Shown here piece by piece: positions 39,470 to 52,744 of a DNA stretch of 64,000 nucleotides. The notes beneath the pieces were generated by a model, which did not search any database, was not told the origin of the DNA, and was given only the letters and a program-made list of their open reading frames with translations. The stretch is from assembly GCA_951406725.2 (NCBI GenBank), contig OX597815.1:8184001-8248000 (forward strand). Direction: 5' to 3'. The DNA is from Octopus vulgaris (lineage: Eukaryota). Within the stretch, counting starts at the first letter, position 1. Each line of letters starts with the position of its first letter. A program made the translations under genes and the position numbers.

Positions 39470-40310
39470 ATTCAACTTTAATAATAAAGCTGTTATCTTA
39501 TCTGAATCTGATATTTTCGTCTTTTGACCTAATGCTGGTGAATGCTTCTTAAAAAGAAAACGATGGCACCATCCTCTACCAGACAGTCTGGAGGACAAAA
39601 TATTTCCCATTTCTAGCCATTTTTGTTTACAATTTTTCACATAAATATTGTCACTATAGTGGAGGCGCAATGGCCCAGTGGTTAGGGCAGCGGACTCGCG
39701 GTCATAGGATCGCGGTTTCGATTCCCAGACCGGGCGTTGTGAGTGTTTATCGAGCGAAATCACCTAAAACTCCACGAGGCTCCGGCAGGGGATGGTGGTG
39801 ATCCCTGCTGTACTCTTTCACCACAACTCTCTCTCACTCTTACTTCCTGTTTCTGTTGTACCTGTATTTCAAAGGGCCGGCCTTGTCACTCTCTGTGTCA
39901 CGCTGAATATCCACGAGAACTACGTTAAGGGTACACGTGTCTGTGGAGTGCTCAGCCACTTACACGTTAATTTCACGAGCAGGCTGTTCCGTTGATTCGG
40001 ATCAACCGGAACCCTCGTCGTCGTAACCGACGGAGTGCTTCCATCCATTCCCATTGTCACTATGTCACCTTCTTTGCTGTGTTCTACCCAGTCAGCGAAA
40101 TACTTTTCTAAATCAGCGTAAACACTTTTCCCACCCCTTGAATTTTGCTTGCCCCATGGCATTTACTGTAATTGTAGTTTTTGCTTTCTTCATCATATAT
40201 CGCTCTCCTTCCTCTCCAAACTCTCGAACAAAGGCCTCATTGCTTACCTGTTCAACGGTATTAATCACTTTCATTTTGAAAGAAGCAGTATATCCAGTAG
40301 GGTTCTTTTA
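39470..40310 (-). pseudogene. pogo/Tc2-type transposase N-terminal fragment (Brinker-like DBD plus CENP-B HTH), split by a SINE
   Basis: Minus strand: GYTASFKMKVI..VEQVSNEAFVREFG, MPWGKQNSRGGKSVYADLEKYFADWVE...GDIVT, then after the SINE SGRGWCHRF...LGQKTKI. A TIR-like taccgtatatactcg lies at about 39334. Confidence 0.75.
39659..40045 (+). mobile_element. SINE family C, tail type 1, full length with TSD
   Basis: TSD attgtcactat at 39647-39657 and 40053-40063. Confidence 0.93.
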
Positions 40311-40314
40311 GCCA

Positions 40315-40485
40315 CTGTTGTGCTTATGTCCCCGTTACTTAGCGGTTCGGCAAAAGAGACCGATAGAATAAGTACTGGGCTTACAAAAGAATAAGTCCCG
40401 GGGTCGAGTTGCTCGATTAAAGGCGGTGCTCCAGCATGGCCGCAGTCAAATGACTGAAACAAGTAAAAGAGAGAAAGAAAAGAGA
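40315..40485 (+). mobile_element. SINE family A, 3' fragment
   Basis: Matches the family A 3' domain and tail. Confidence 0.85.
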
Positions 40486-40852
40486 GATATGTTCTTATGG
40501 TCATACACGAATACGTTTTCTGTATTTAGCTATATTTAAGTATGAATATCTGCGTTTAAGGATTTAGAAATAATTTTTCAGTATACAGTAGAGAGAATAA
40601 TTGACAAGTTCTTGACCTAACATCCAAAATTCCGGTATCTGGTTCCCTGCTAAGTTAAACACATAAACATTTATCACAGATCAGTGAAACTGTAATTTAA
40701 TATTTGGAAAAGACAGTAACATAACATGCAAATGTCTTTTCCATATATTTGAAACCAATATTTGCAAAAGACAGTTGCATTTATGTTAGCATATAAATAT
40801 TAATGACGTAATGTAAACGGTACTGGTAGATTAATGTGCTTTACGATACAAA

Positions 40853-41244
40853 TCTCTCTCTATATAAAGCCGAAGTTGTCTGTGTATGGCAGGTTTGGTA
40901 GCCTTCAACTAACACTATCTCCTCCGAGACCCTGCGTCGCAAGTTGACCAAAATTGAGAGTATGATAGAAGAAGGCTTGCTCATCATTCCGTAGAAGAAA
41001 AAATTCAAATCGGACCATGTTAGCACCAAAAATTATTTACATCAAAAGGTGCTTTTTTTTCTATGAAAATCCCTATTTTTTACGATTTTTTGACTGCTGT
41101 GTCGCCATTTTTCGGTGTATCTCAACCAGAAAAATGTTCACTTAAAGAGAATAACAAGCTACATAATGCAAAATTTTTACTTTTCAAACATTCCAATTCT
41201 AAAGGGTCGAGACAAACCCGAGCAACGCCGGGCGATACTGCTAG
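40853..41244 (+). mobile_element. Non-autonomous Helitron, subfamily H1
   Basis: Highly similar to 5974-6365; A|TC...CTAG|T. Confidence 0.85.
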
Positions 41245-41509
41245 TATATATAAATATATGAACCCAGACTGATTCTGATATGTAGAAAGCACACAGAAAT
41301 TACAGGATATGCTATCTCCACATTACAAGAAGTACCCTATCAAGTCAAGGTGGGCTTCCCCAACAAAATATAAAGTTTGAATGTATGTTACAGTCTGTTT
41401 TAAATGAAGAGAAAAATCATGTTCGTTCTTGTTACTAGAAGAACAGGAAACTCGTTGGATGAGAACTCTGGATAGCGAGGCGATAAGGAAAGAGGCGACG
41501 ATTCTGTGC

Positions 41510-42310
41510 ATGGAACTACGAATAATTTATTTGTTAGTTAATCTGGGGATCTAGTTCGTTTCAATTACAAAATCTGCATTTTTAAAAGAAAGTAAAAAAT
41601 TTGAAAATTGGCAGAGAAGGGTATTATTTATACCCAGTAATAAAAAATGTAGAAAAGGGCACTTAATGGAAAAGAAATTGGTAGAGAAGAATGTTTGCTG
41701 GCGGTGTAGTCGCAAAGGTTGCTGTGAGAGAGTGTCTGTCCGAAAATGGACATGTCTTGAAGGTACCACACTTCCTCTGCGGACTGTAGTCATTTTTTTG
41801 TACTCTTGGGTGGAAGAACTGACTACAGTGCGTTATTGTGTAGAAGAACTGGAGGTGATCCACAGTACAGCTGTGGATTATAATAATTATGTGCGAGAAG
41901 TATGCGCACATGACTTGCTCATGGACCCAGTTGTAAGAGGTGGTCCTGGGAAGATTGTCGAGATAGACGAAACATTCTTCTCTAGGAGAAAGTATGATCG
42001 AGGAAGGTTGCTACTTCAGCAATGGGTATTCGGAGGAGTGTGTCGCGAAACCAGAGAAGTTTTCCTTTATGAAGTACCTTGTCGGAATCGCGACACACTC
42101 GAAGAATGCATCCGCCGCTCGGTCTACCCTGGTACCACAATATTTAGTGACCTGCGGAGGGCTTATTCACATATTCCAGAGATAGGGGGATACAATTTTC
42201 GACATAGAGCGGTGAACCACAGCGTCGAGTTTGTTAACTCCGTTGATAACACACATACCCAACAAATAGAGAGTACTTGAGCGTGTTTGAAACGGGGTAA
42301 CAAGCGATTT
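41510..42310 (+). pseudogene. Merlin (IS1595/ISXO2-like DDE) transposase pseudogene
   Basis: ORF 41666..42280: WRC.RKGC zinc ribbon, GGPGKIVEIDETFF.RRKY.RGR, QWVFGG, GTTIFSD...AY, VNHS..FV, HTQQIEST*. The stop sits at a conserved Trp. The frame is open upstream to 41555, with another in-frame stop at 41552 after an ATG at 41510. Confidence 0.9.
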
Positions 42311-42440
42311 TTGGTAATTTTCCGGAATCTCCATATCCAAAAAGCTGGGTTTTTGGCAAAAAAAATAATTAAAAAAACAATAATTCAATTATATATATAC
42401 GTCTGCATACGTAGAGGTCCACACTTGTGTAGCTGTGGCT

Positions 42441-42721
42441 ACATATATACATACATACATACATACATACATACATACATACATACATACATGCATGCAT
42501 GCATGCATGCATGCATACATGCATACATACATACATACATACATACATACATACATACATACGTAGTACATACATACATATATACATACATTCATACATA
42601 CATACATACATGCATACATACATACATACATACATACATACATGCATGCATACATACATGCATGCATACATACATGCATGCATACATACATACGTAGTAC
42701 ATACATACATATATACATACA

Positions 42722-42752
<31 letters not shown>

Positions 42753-42829
42753 CATACATACATACATACATACATACATACATACATACGTAGTACATAC
42801 ATACATACATACATACATACATACATACA

Positions 42830-42865
<36 letters not shown>

Positions 42866-42872
42866 TATATAT
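42441..42872 (+). repeat. (CATA)n microsatellite
   Basis: Tetranucleotide array with a recurring gtagta interruption. Confidence 0.97.
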
Positions 42873-43059
42873 TGGCATACATACACACATTGTGTGTATC
42901 TGTGCAACAGAGAGGGAAATTAAAACTGCATATGTTGTGAACTTAGAATATGTGTTTATTAATAAAAGTTTAATAACGATAATCTTTTATTCATACAAAC
43001 GTAACTGATATGAAATATGTCATAAAATAACAGTGACAATCGAAATATACACCGCCGGA

Positions 43060-43298
43060 AGTTGTTGCTGACAGACAACGGCAGTAATTGTATTCACCTC
43101 AATAGACGTCATTGATTGGTTGAAATTGCCGAAATACGAGAAATTCAACAAGAAATAGCTTATAAACTATAGAATTTTCTCAAGAACGCCAAGAGAAAAA
43201 TATGTTTTATATGACACATTCTACCAGTATACGAAGTTTAAAAGTGCTTAGGTACAAAAAATAATTTTAAAAATCTGCCGGTCAAAGGGAAAAGATCC
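43060..43298 (-). mobile_element. GGATC-TIR family related fragment
   Basis: Ends ctgccggtcaaagggaaaagatcc; shares gacgtcattgattggttgaaattg with 18742-19173. Confidence 0.7.
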
Positions 43299-44101
43299 TA
43301 GAGATTTATGTAAAAGCGTGTTAATGAATTGACAGTAAACTTGAAGTAAAATCCTTGAAATTTTCAATGTGTGATGGGTGTATTTCATATAAAAGAAACT
43401 CGTAAAAGCTTTATTCCCGTGAACAATACGGTCAGTACAATGCTTCTATTTTCTTTTGTTTAGTGTCGTTAAATGTTGTATTGATGTATGATGATAGAAT
43501 GTCGATCTTAATAAATGGAGCAAATTCAAATAAAATACATTTAGGACAAGGTGAGCGTAACATGTAAGTGTACGACTTTACGAAAAAACACTTGGTTGGG
43601 TTATAAGAGGTATGTAAATAAAGAAAAATGATATATCTATGTAGTGTTCGAGTAAGTTTGAAGGGGAGAGGAGTGGGAAGTGGATTGTATGAATGGGCTC
43701 CAGGCTACCAATGAGGGCTTAAAAATTTACAAAATAATAACAAAAATCTCGTAAATAAATAATAACAAAAAAAATTTTTAATAACAGGAATAGTGAATGG
43801 AGGTGGATAATAATGCAGTGCGAAAGTTTTATGTAAGCTGAGAATGGGGTGATTCTCTGCAGTTCTGTGACACTAAATAATTATGTGGGAAAATAATATT
43901 TTAAAGAAATATTAATGGGGGAAAAAGAAAGAAATGAGAAAAATAATATTAAATCATTTTAAAGTGAAAATGAGTTTTCAAAAGTCGAGGAAGAATAGTT
44001 TAAAGCGAAGTAAAATATAACCACACAAAATAAAATAAGATTAAATAAAGATTTACAAATAAGTAAAACGATAGAGAAACAGGTTAAATAAATATGTGAT
44101 A

Positions 44102-44478
44102 TCTATATATATATATATAAACGGCAAAATGTCTTTCTGTGTGCGTGTGTCCTTTATACAAATCCACATTTTTTCAGTTAGAGGATGGCTCGCACTTTCT
44201 ATGGTCATTCAAAACCGTCCAAGGGTGGTCGTGCACATCTTTACATTTCCCCAGTCACCCCGCAAAGCCATTAAAAAATCAATAGAAGTGACTTTTTTGT
44301 GAATTTTCTATCCAAAACCCAATCAAAATGCCCGAAACTTGATACGCCAATTGAATGCCAGCTAGCTGTATGTGAATGGTCGGAGATTTGGACAGTACTC
44401 GCGTGTATGTGCGCATGCACGCAGCTGTATATGCATGCACTAGCACTATGACCCGACAACGCCGGGTCATAGTGCTAG
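44102..44478 (+). mobile_element. Non-autonomous Helitron, subfamily H4
   Basis: 5'-TC..tataaacggcaaaatgtc; 3' hairpin actagcactatgacccg/cgggtcatagtgctagt ending in CTAG|T. A 5'-end fragment is at about 19403-19465. Confidence 0.8.
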
Positions 44479-44839
44479 TATTGGATATTTTAGGAGGAAA
44501 TATAAGTTAGGTAAAATGCAGTAAAAGGTGATAATAGGGCGGAAGAGGATTAAGTAAATTTAGGTGGTTGAAGTAAATAATGAGATTAATTATTTACGAT
44601 AGACGAAGACTGGATATTTTTAAGAGTGTGAATATGAAAGTTTTAAGATGTCAATGTTAGGGAAATTGGTGCTGACTTTTAAAAAATGTATCTGGTGAAA
44701 TGTACGGAAAAGGAGTATAGTTTAGTGTCTATAATAAAACGCTTAATACTATGGTGAGAAAAGTTACTAGATAGTAAGTGGTGGTAAGTAGGCATTAATC
44801 TGGTTATTATTTAATCATTTTCAAGGTTTGTTAGAGGAC

Positions 44840-45230
44840 TAAGTATTCTCGCATGCACCTTTATATGATGATATTCTTTCACTGTGTTTATTTAAGATAC
44901 TGTATTATTAAATAGAATAGACTTTCCTTACTACATAAATCCCAGGGTTTCTTGTTATGAGTTTAATATTTACGTCTTGAGATTATGCGCCAGTTGAAAC
45001 TGTAATTCATATTCCACTTTAACTCCAAAAGAAATATAGCAAAAGATTTCTAAATGTATAGGTGTGGTAATTGCGGCCTAATTTAAATAGAGTTGTAGTT
45101 AATTCTATATATGAGTTGGGTCTAAGCAATTATAATTTATACTTATATCAGGGAGTTATATTCACTGTAGATTTGAGCTTGTAAAATCCGTTGACGACCT
45201 ACAGACAGAAAACTTCATACACTGAAACTA
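44840..45230 (-). pseudogene. Penelope-like element GIY-YIG endonuclease C-terminal relic
   Basis: Minus strand with frameshifts: FYK..., THIELTTTLFKLGRNYHTYTFRN, LELKWNMNYSFNWRIISR..Y..HNKKPWDLCSKE, ILNKHSERIS. These resemble the PLE motifs YIGxT..FKxRxxNH..SF, YIWxLK....WxI, CxLCxxE and LNKRSE. Confidence 0.62.
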
Positions 45231-45394
45231 TTTTCCCTCACTCGCTATATATCTCACCATTCCTTTTATTTTATTTGCTTTCCCCACCTTTTTGTCTCTG
45301 ATAATTAAAAAAAAATGAATCTATGTAAAACTAGCATTTATAACCAAGTGTTTTCTCCTCTTAACTATCTATATATTTCAATACATATGAATGT

Positions 45395-45501
45395 ACTTAT
45401 GTATGTATGTATGTATGTATGTATGTATGTATGTATGTATGTATGTTTGTATGAAATGTAATATGTATATATGTATGTATGCATGTATGTATGTTTGGTT
45501 G

Positions 45502-45546
<45 letters not shown>

Positions 45547-46358
45547 GTATATATATATATAAGTATATATATATACATATATACACACATACGCACACGC
45601 GCACGCATAAACGCACACACATACAAATGAATATATGTGTATGTATATGGGTGTATGTATGCGCACACGTATACACATACAGCCAGTCAGCCATACCCTT
45701 ATGACCTGTTAATTCTATTGAAAGAGGTTAATTGTTTAGTCAAATATAGAAATATTTGTAGAGAGGATTTTTTAATTTGAATCGCACATAATCAAACACG
45801 TATTTTACATGTACGTACACCACCCTCATACAAGTATGTACACCACCCTCACATCCACCTACGTATCGATATACATAATACATGCATCCATGGCACCATA
45901 CATACATACATACATACAAACATACATACATACATACATACACACACACACATACATACATACACCAATACATACATACACACACACATACATACATACA
46001 TGCATACATACATACACACATACATACATACAAACATACATACATACATACATACGTACGTACGTACATACATACATACATACATACATACGTACGTACG
46101 TACGTACGTAGATACATACATACGTACGTACGTACGTACATACATACATACATACACACACACATACATACATCACACATACATACATACATACACACAC
46201 ACATACACACACACACATACAAACATACATACATACATACATACATACATACATACATACAAACATACATTCATACACACATACATACATACATACATAC
46301 ATACATACATACATACATACATACATACATACATACATACATACATACATACATACAC
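45395..46358. repeat. (TATG)n/(CATA)n/(TACG)n microsatellite region
   Basis: Two opposing tetranucleotide tracts with a short spacer. Confidence 0.93.
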
Positions 46359-46714
46359 AGCTACTCAGACGAACTCATATATGACGACGGTACCACCACC
46401 ACCACCACCACCACCACCATTGCCGCCGCTACCGCCCTCGCCGCCGCATCAACCAACACTACCAACCCTTCTCTGACAGAATCCCTCCCACCACCGCCAC
46501 CACGACAGAAAGCCTGTTATTGTCACGATCATGTAATCCTGTTATTATTTGGTTATAGCAACAGTGTTGGCGGTGGAATGGGAGTAATAACCGTGCTAGT
46601 GTTGGCGGTAGTGTTGGTAGTAACGTGGGAAGGTGTTTGGGTAGTAGTACTGCCGCTATTGTAGCTGTTACTGTTGGTTAATAGCATTGGTGGTAATAAG
46701 TGAACTAGTACTAA

Positions 46715-47185
46715 GACGGCGAGCTGGCAGAAACGTTAGCACGCCGGGCGAAATGCTTAGCAGTATTTCATCTGCCGCTACGTTCTGAGTTCAAATTCCG
46801 CCGAGGTCGACTTTGCTTTTCATCCTTTCGGGGTCGATAAATTAAGTACCAGTTACGCACAGGGGATCGATATAATCGACTTAATCCGTTTGTCTATCCT
46901 TGTTTGTCCCTTCTATGTTTAGCCCCTTGTGGGCAGTAAAGAAATAGGTAATAAGTGAGCGTGTACTAAGGCAGCGAGCTGGCTGAAACGTTAGCGCCCC
47001 GGGCGAAATTCCTAGCAGTATTTCGTCTGCCGCTACGTTCTGAGTTCAAATTCCGCCGAGGGAGACTTTACCTTTCATGCTTTCGGGGTCGATAAATTAA
47101 GTACCAGTTGCGTACTGGGGTCGATCTAATCGACTGGTCCCCTCCGCCAAAATTTCAGGCCTTGTGCCTAGAGTAGAAAAGAATA
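46715..47185 (+). mobile_element. Two adjacent SINE family B copies with different 3' tails
   Basis: 46715-46950 ends aaagaaata and is flanked by a ggtaataagtga duplication. 46969-47183 ends ggccttgtgcctagagtagaaaagaat, the same tail as the copy ending at 3052. Confidence 0.9.
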
Positions 47186-47239
47186 ATTGAGGTTGTCCTA
47201 GTGAAACAGTGTTGGTGGTATTGATGGTGGTAGTTTGGA

Positions 47240-47478
47240 TAGTTGTTGTTGACAAACAACGGCAGTAATTTTATTCGGCTGAATACACGTCATTGATTGG
47301 CTGAAATTACCGAAATACGAGAACTTTAACGTGAAATTACTTCGTAAATATAAGTTTTTCTCTAAAATGCTTAGAGTAAAATATATTTTATATGACACAT
47401 TCTACCAGTGTCCGAAGTTTGAAAAGTTAGTTACAAAAAATTATTTTTTAAATCTGTAGGTCAAAAGGTAAAGATCCG
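47240..47478 (-). mobile_element. GGATC-TIR family related fragment
   Basis: Similar to 43060-43298; ends aaagatcc. Confidence 0.65.
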
Positions 47479-48187
47479 ATAGTTTTGGTGGTGATAGTGT
47501 ACGTCGTAGTAGTGATGGTAGCAGTAGTATTAACGACAGTTGTGTTCGATGCAATACTGTTGGTGGTTGTAGTAGTGATGGTGGTAGTGTTGGCGATTGT
47601 ATTTGTTGTAGTATAGGTAATAATGTAGGTAGTAGCGTTAGTGGTAATGCTAGTTGTAGTTTTGGTGGTAATGTTAGTGATTGTGTGGGATGTAGTGTAG
47701 GTGATAGTGTCGATTGTAGTAATGGTAGCAGTATCTGATAATTTAGGTGATAGTTTCAGTGGTGGTGTTATCTGTAGTGTTGGTTGTAGTAGTGATAATT
47801 CTAGTAGCATTGTTGTTTGGGCTTATTGTAATGTTGGTATTGGTGTTGGTGGTAGGGTTGGTAATTGTGATAGTGTTGGTGGAAGTACTAGTAATGCCAT
47901 GGTGGCCATCCTGTTGGTTTGAGTCGGAGGAGGTGATATAATTATTTAGATCCTGGTTAGTCCACGCCCAGAAGATCTGTGGGTGATCTGAAGCATTCTC
48001 ATTGTGACCATCCTAATTTTTAAGACATCATATTGGACTATATTGTCTAATGTGCCCCCTTTTTAAGACGGATAGTGGGTGGTTTTACATAGATTTGCTA
48101 ATTTTTAGTAGATCCAGGACTATGTATAGACTCCCCTGTTGTTGAAAATGGAATGGTCGTGTCTGTGTCAGGTGTAGTGTGACCAGT

Positions 48188-48405
48188 TCTCTTTTACTCT
48201 TTTACTTGTTTCAGTCATTTGACTGCGGCCATGCTGGAGCACCGCCTTTAGTCGAGCAACTCGACCCCGGGACTTATTCTTTGTAAGCCCAGTACTTATT
48301 CTTTCGGTCTCTTTTGCCGAACCGCTAAGTGACGGGGACGTAAACACACCAGCATCGGTTGTCAAGCAAAGCTAGGGGGACAAACACAGACACACAAACA
48401 CACAT

Positions 48406-48437
<32 letters not shown>

Positions 48438-48608
48438 ATATATACGACAGGCTTCTTTCAGTTTCCGTCTACCAAATCCACTCACAAGGCATTGGTCGGC
48501 CCGGGGCTATAGCAGAAGACAATTGCCCAAGATGCCACGCAGTGGGACTGAACCCGGAACCATGTGGTTGGTTAGCAAGCTACTTACCACACAGCCACTC
48601 CTGCGCCT
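48188..48608 (-). mobile_element. SINE family A, full length
   Basis: Complete reverse-complement match. Confidence 0.93.
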
Positions 48609-48889
48609 CGTTCATTTAAGTTCTACAAAATAAAAATCTAAAAATGGGTGAGAGGATACAACAGGGCTACGGTAAATTGTTTTCACACATTGTATGGCTC
48701 ATTACTAATCAGAAGTGGAGTAAGACCTTTGCAAACGTTCACAATAATCTTATTAGAGATTGTAAGGTCTAATACTTGCGGATTTTGGGGGACATTTTAG
48801 ATGTGTGTTGTTTATATATGTAAATAGGGTGAATGTAGTTTAGGACGTCGGTAATAAAAGTATTCCAAAGTATTTATCATAAATATATG

Positions 48890-49280
48890 TAGGTGCAGGA
48901 GTGGCTGTGTGTTAAGTAGCTTGCTTACCAACCACATGGTTCCTGGTTCAGTTCCACTGCGTGTTACCTTGGGCAAGTGTTTTTTTACTATAGCCTCGGG
49001 CCGACCAAAGCCTTATGAGTGGATTTGGTAGACGGAAACTGAAAGAAGCCCGTCGTATATATATATATATATACATATATGTGTGTGTGTGTGTGTGTTT
49101 GTCCCCCCTCCCCAACATCGCTTGTTGGTGTGATTACGTTCCCGTATCTTAGCGGTTCAACAAAAGAGACCGATAGAATAAGTATTAGGCTTACAAAGAA
49201 TAAGTCCTGGGGTCGATTTGTTCGACTAAAGGCGGTGCTCCAGCACGGCCGCAGCCAAATGATTGAAACAAATACAAGAA
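48890..49280 (+). mobile_element. SINE family A, full length
   Basis: Complete head to tail. Confidence 0.9.
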
Positions 49281-49616
49281 TATGTATATATATATATATA
49301 CAAATTGAGATAGGTAATCTATACTTATATTTATATTTACTTATATTTATATTCTCTTTTATATATATTCTACTTATTATACAACATTACTCTTTTATGT
49401 ACACTTTTTTATCTACATTCCTTTATGTACACTGATTTGTTCTGCTTTTTATATTTAACCCTACGGTCTCTTATGTGGTGGTTTAATAAAGTATGTGATT
49501 GAGTATTATCTGGTAATTGATATTTGATTTAGATGTATTTCTCCATTTTCTTATCTTGTATATATATATACACACACACACACACGTATATATATATATA
49601 TATATATATATATACG

Positions 49617-49721
<105 letters not shown>

Positions 49722-49743
49722 TACATATATATACATATATACA

Positions 49744-49779
<36 letters not shown>

Positions 49780-50214
49780 TGTATATTGCCATATAAAGTT
49801 ACACTATAGCGTCAAAATACACACTGCTTAAAATAATTTATTGGATTGTTTATAACATCTGTTCTTTTGTTGTTTTTCTCCAGCCTCAGATCGTGTCTGA
49901 TCCAACATATCTACGATCAAAGATAATTCAGCTGTAACCATCCAGGCATAGTATATCTAAGGTTATATACACTATCCACTTTGTCCTTTCATTTTCAAGA
50001 CAGTAGGGTGAGATTTGAGGTTGAGACATTCTGTAATGTGGTCTTAGATCGAGAAAAGGATGCGATGGCTTTAACTAGAACGCCTTTGATCTTAGGTACA
50101 CCCAATGAGTGTTGATCTGGAGTTAAGCAACAAATAGGCAGAGCGAGTTGTAGCTTTTATAATGAGTGTATGGAAGCCTGCAGCGTTTGTAGGTAATGTT
50201 AGTTGCTGTTGCTC

Positions 50215-50585
50215 TTGCTGTTGAGCGAACGGTCTTCGTCCTAGACCTCTGTAGTAGAAGTCCGAAACGTGGTCCTTTGCTATTCGTAAGACCCGCAGAA
50301 GAGAAAGCAGATCAACCACCCGACACCGAGAGCATCGACGTATTGATGAATGCGCATCCAGGCTCAGCGGTTGCGTAGGAAGTCGGAGACAAGAAACAGG
50401 AAGAAAGTGAGAGAAAGTTGGAGCGAAAGAGTACAACAGGCGTCGCCACCACCCCCTGCCGGAGACTCGTGGAGCTTTAGGTATTTTCGCTCAATAAACA
50501 CACACAACGCCCGGTCTGGGAATCGAAACCGCGATCCTCCGACCGCGAATCCGCTGCCGTAACCACTGGGCCATTGCGGCTCCAC
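50215..50585 (-). mobile_element. SINE family C, tail type 2
   Basis: Sister of 7209-7577, with about 28 extra nt near the 3' end. Confidence 0.88.
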
Positions 50586-50832
50586 ACATTGTTGTTGTTG
50601 GTGGTGGTGGTGATGATGATGGGAACTAAGAGGAACAAATGGTGTTAACAGTGGACAAGATGCTAAACAAGGCAGTGTGTTAGGTCCAAGCTCTAAAAGA
50701 AAAGAAAATAATAATAATAATAAAGTTCACCGCAAGATTTGCGTATCCGGTTCCTTGACCGTTGTTGGTTCCAGCAATTATTCCATCCAACTATGCACGT
50801 GTTTCTATTACTGATCGAAAATATAATTACCA

Positions 50833-51206
50833 CTGTGTGGTAAGTAGCTTGCTAACCAACCACATGGTTCCGGGTTCAGTCCCACTGCGTGGCACCTCGG
50901 GCAAGTGTCTTCTGTTATAGCCCCGGGCCGACCAATGCCTTGTGAGTGGATTTGGTAGACGGAAACTGAAAGAAGCCCGTCGTATATATGTATATATATA
51001 TGTGTGTGCGTGTATGTTTGTGTGTCTGTGTCTGTCCCCCTAGCATTGTTTGACAACCGATGCTGGTGTGTTTACGTCCCCGTCACTTAGCGGTTCGGCA
51101 AAAGAGACCGATAGAATAAGTACTGGGCTTACAAAAGAATAAGTCCCGGGTTCGAGTTGCTCGATTAAAGGCGGTGCTCCAGCATGGCCGCAGTCAAATG
51201 ACTGAG
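50833..51206 (+). mobile_element. SINE family A
   Basis: Near full length. Confidence 0.9.
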
Positions 51207-51347
51207 TTATGATTATTGATGGCTTTTATTACTGAAGTCTTGAATCTGTGACCCGTTTTATAATTTTACAAGACAGGAGGGGGAGATTTCACTTTTACTA
51301 AAGAAGGAATCAAGAAACAAATATTCGAAATTTGTAGGGCTGTGTGG

Positions 51348-51742
51348 TAGGCGCAGGAGTGACCGTGTGGTAAGTAGCTTGCTTACTAACCACATGGTTC
51401 CGGGTTCATTCCGACTACGTAGCACCTTGGGCAAGTGTCTTCTGCTATAGCCAAAGCCTTGTGAGTGGATTTGGTAGACGGAAACTGAAAGAAGCCCGTC
51501 GTATGTATGTATATATATATATATGTGCGTATATGTTTGTGTGCCTGTGTTTGTCCCCCCAAAATCGCTTGACAACCGATGCTGGTGTGTTTACGTCCCC
51601 GTAACTTACCGGTTCAGCAAAAATGAAACCGATAGAATAAGTACTAGGCTTACAATGAATAAGTCCTGGTGTCGATTTGCTCAACTAATCCATGCTCCAG
51701 CATGGCCGCAGTCAAATGACTGTAAAAGAGTAAAAGAGAGTA
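51348..51742 (+). mobile_element. SINE family A
   Basis: Full length with small deletions. Confidence 0.9.
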
Positions 51743-52169
51743 AAGTTTTTTTTTCTTTATTTAACATGTAAGAACGTCCCCATGATTTTATGAACCTGAG
51801 TAGAGCATCTGAAATTTGGAGTTGAATATTTTTCTAGTGATATAAATTGAAACTGTGTTGAAACAGAAGCAATTATATCGCCGAAGGGTAATTTCAACTA
51901 TTTAAGACTACTTAAAATTTGTTATATTCAGAGTTGCATTTGCACTACAAAATTTTTGACATCTCATGAAATAAATTTGAATACAAAGTGAATTTCACAG
52001 CTTTCTGTGTTATTAAATGGCTTTTTCTGCGACCTAGTTGTCATATTCACTGTTCGTTTATTTCTTGATGTCAGAATTCTCGTCGCATACTTGTAACTTG
52101 GCAACTGATACAGTTTCACGGCAAATATTAGTAGGTTTATTTGAAACACGTTTAATAAGTGGAAGAATT

Positions 52170-52345
52170 AAGACGGCGAGCTGGCAGACAAAACAGCGTA
52201 ATTTCTTTCGGAATTTCTTTATGTTCCTAGTTCCAATTCCACCGAGTTCGACTTTGCCTTTCGGGGTCAATAAAATAAGTACAAGTCGAACAGGGTCAAT
52301 TTAATCGACTAAACCCCTTCCCCTAAAATTTCAGTCCTTGTAAAA
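52170..52345 (+). mobile_element. SINE family B, diverged
   Basis: acggcgagctggcaga head and cgactttgcctttcggggtc core. Confidence 0.65.
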
Positions 52346-52707
52346 AAGATTTGGAAAAATGAATTTCAGCATGAAGTCTATGAAAACAACTGCAGTGACA
52401 CACTTATTGAATCAGATATGAATGGCAACGCTTCTATTAGAATTTATATTCCGATAAAAAGAAATATATAAAAGCTTTTTTCATTGATTATTCATTAGTT
52501 AGAGGAATTTCAACTTTGTACAATAAATGACTGATGGTTATCTTAAAGATATTAGGTAGAAGTGCCATCCAATAATGGCATCCATAGATAAATGATCTTG
52601 TTCACTTGCAATGCGAACGTTTAATCCAAGTTTAATTATAAATAGCAGTATTGTGATACAAACAGACCCCCCATTAGCATCATTAATACCACTACTACCA
52701 CCACCAT

Positions 52708-52744
<37 letters not shown>

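Noticed and set aside
39659-39735. tRNA-like sequence with A and B boxes
   Set aside because: It is the head of a multi-copy SINE with a body, tail and TSD, and it lacks a proper acceptor stem.
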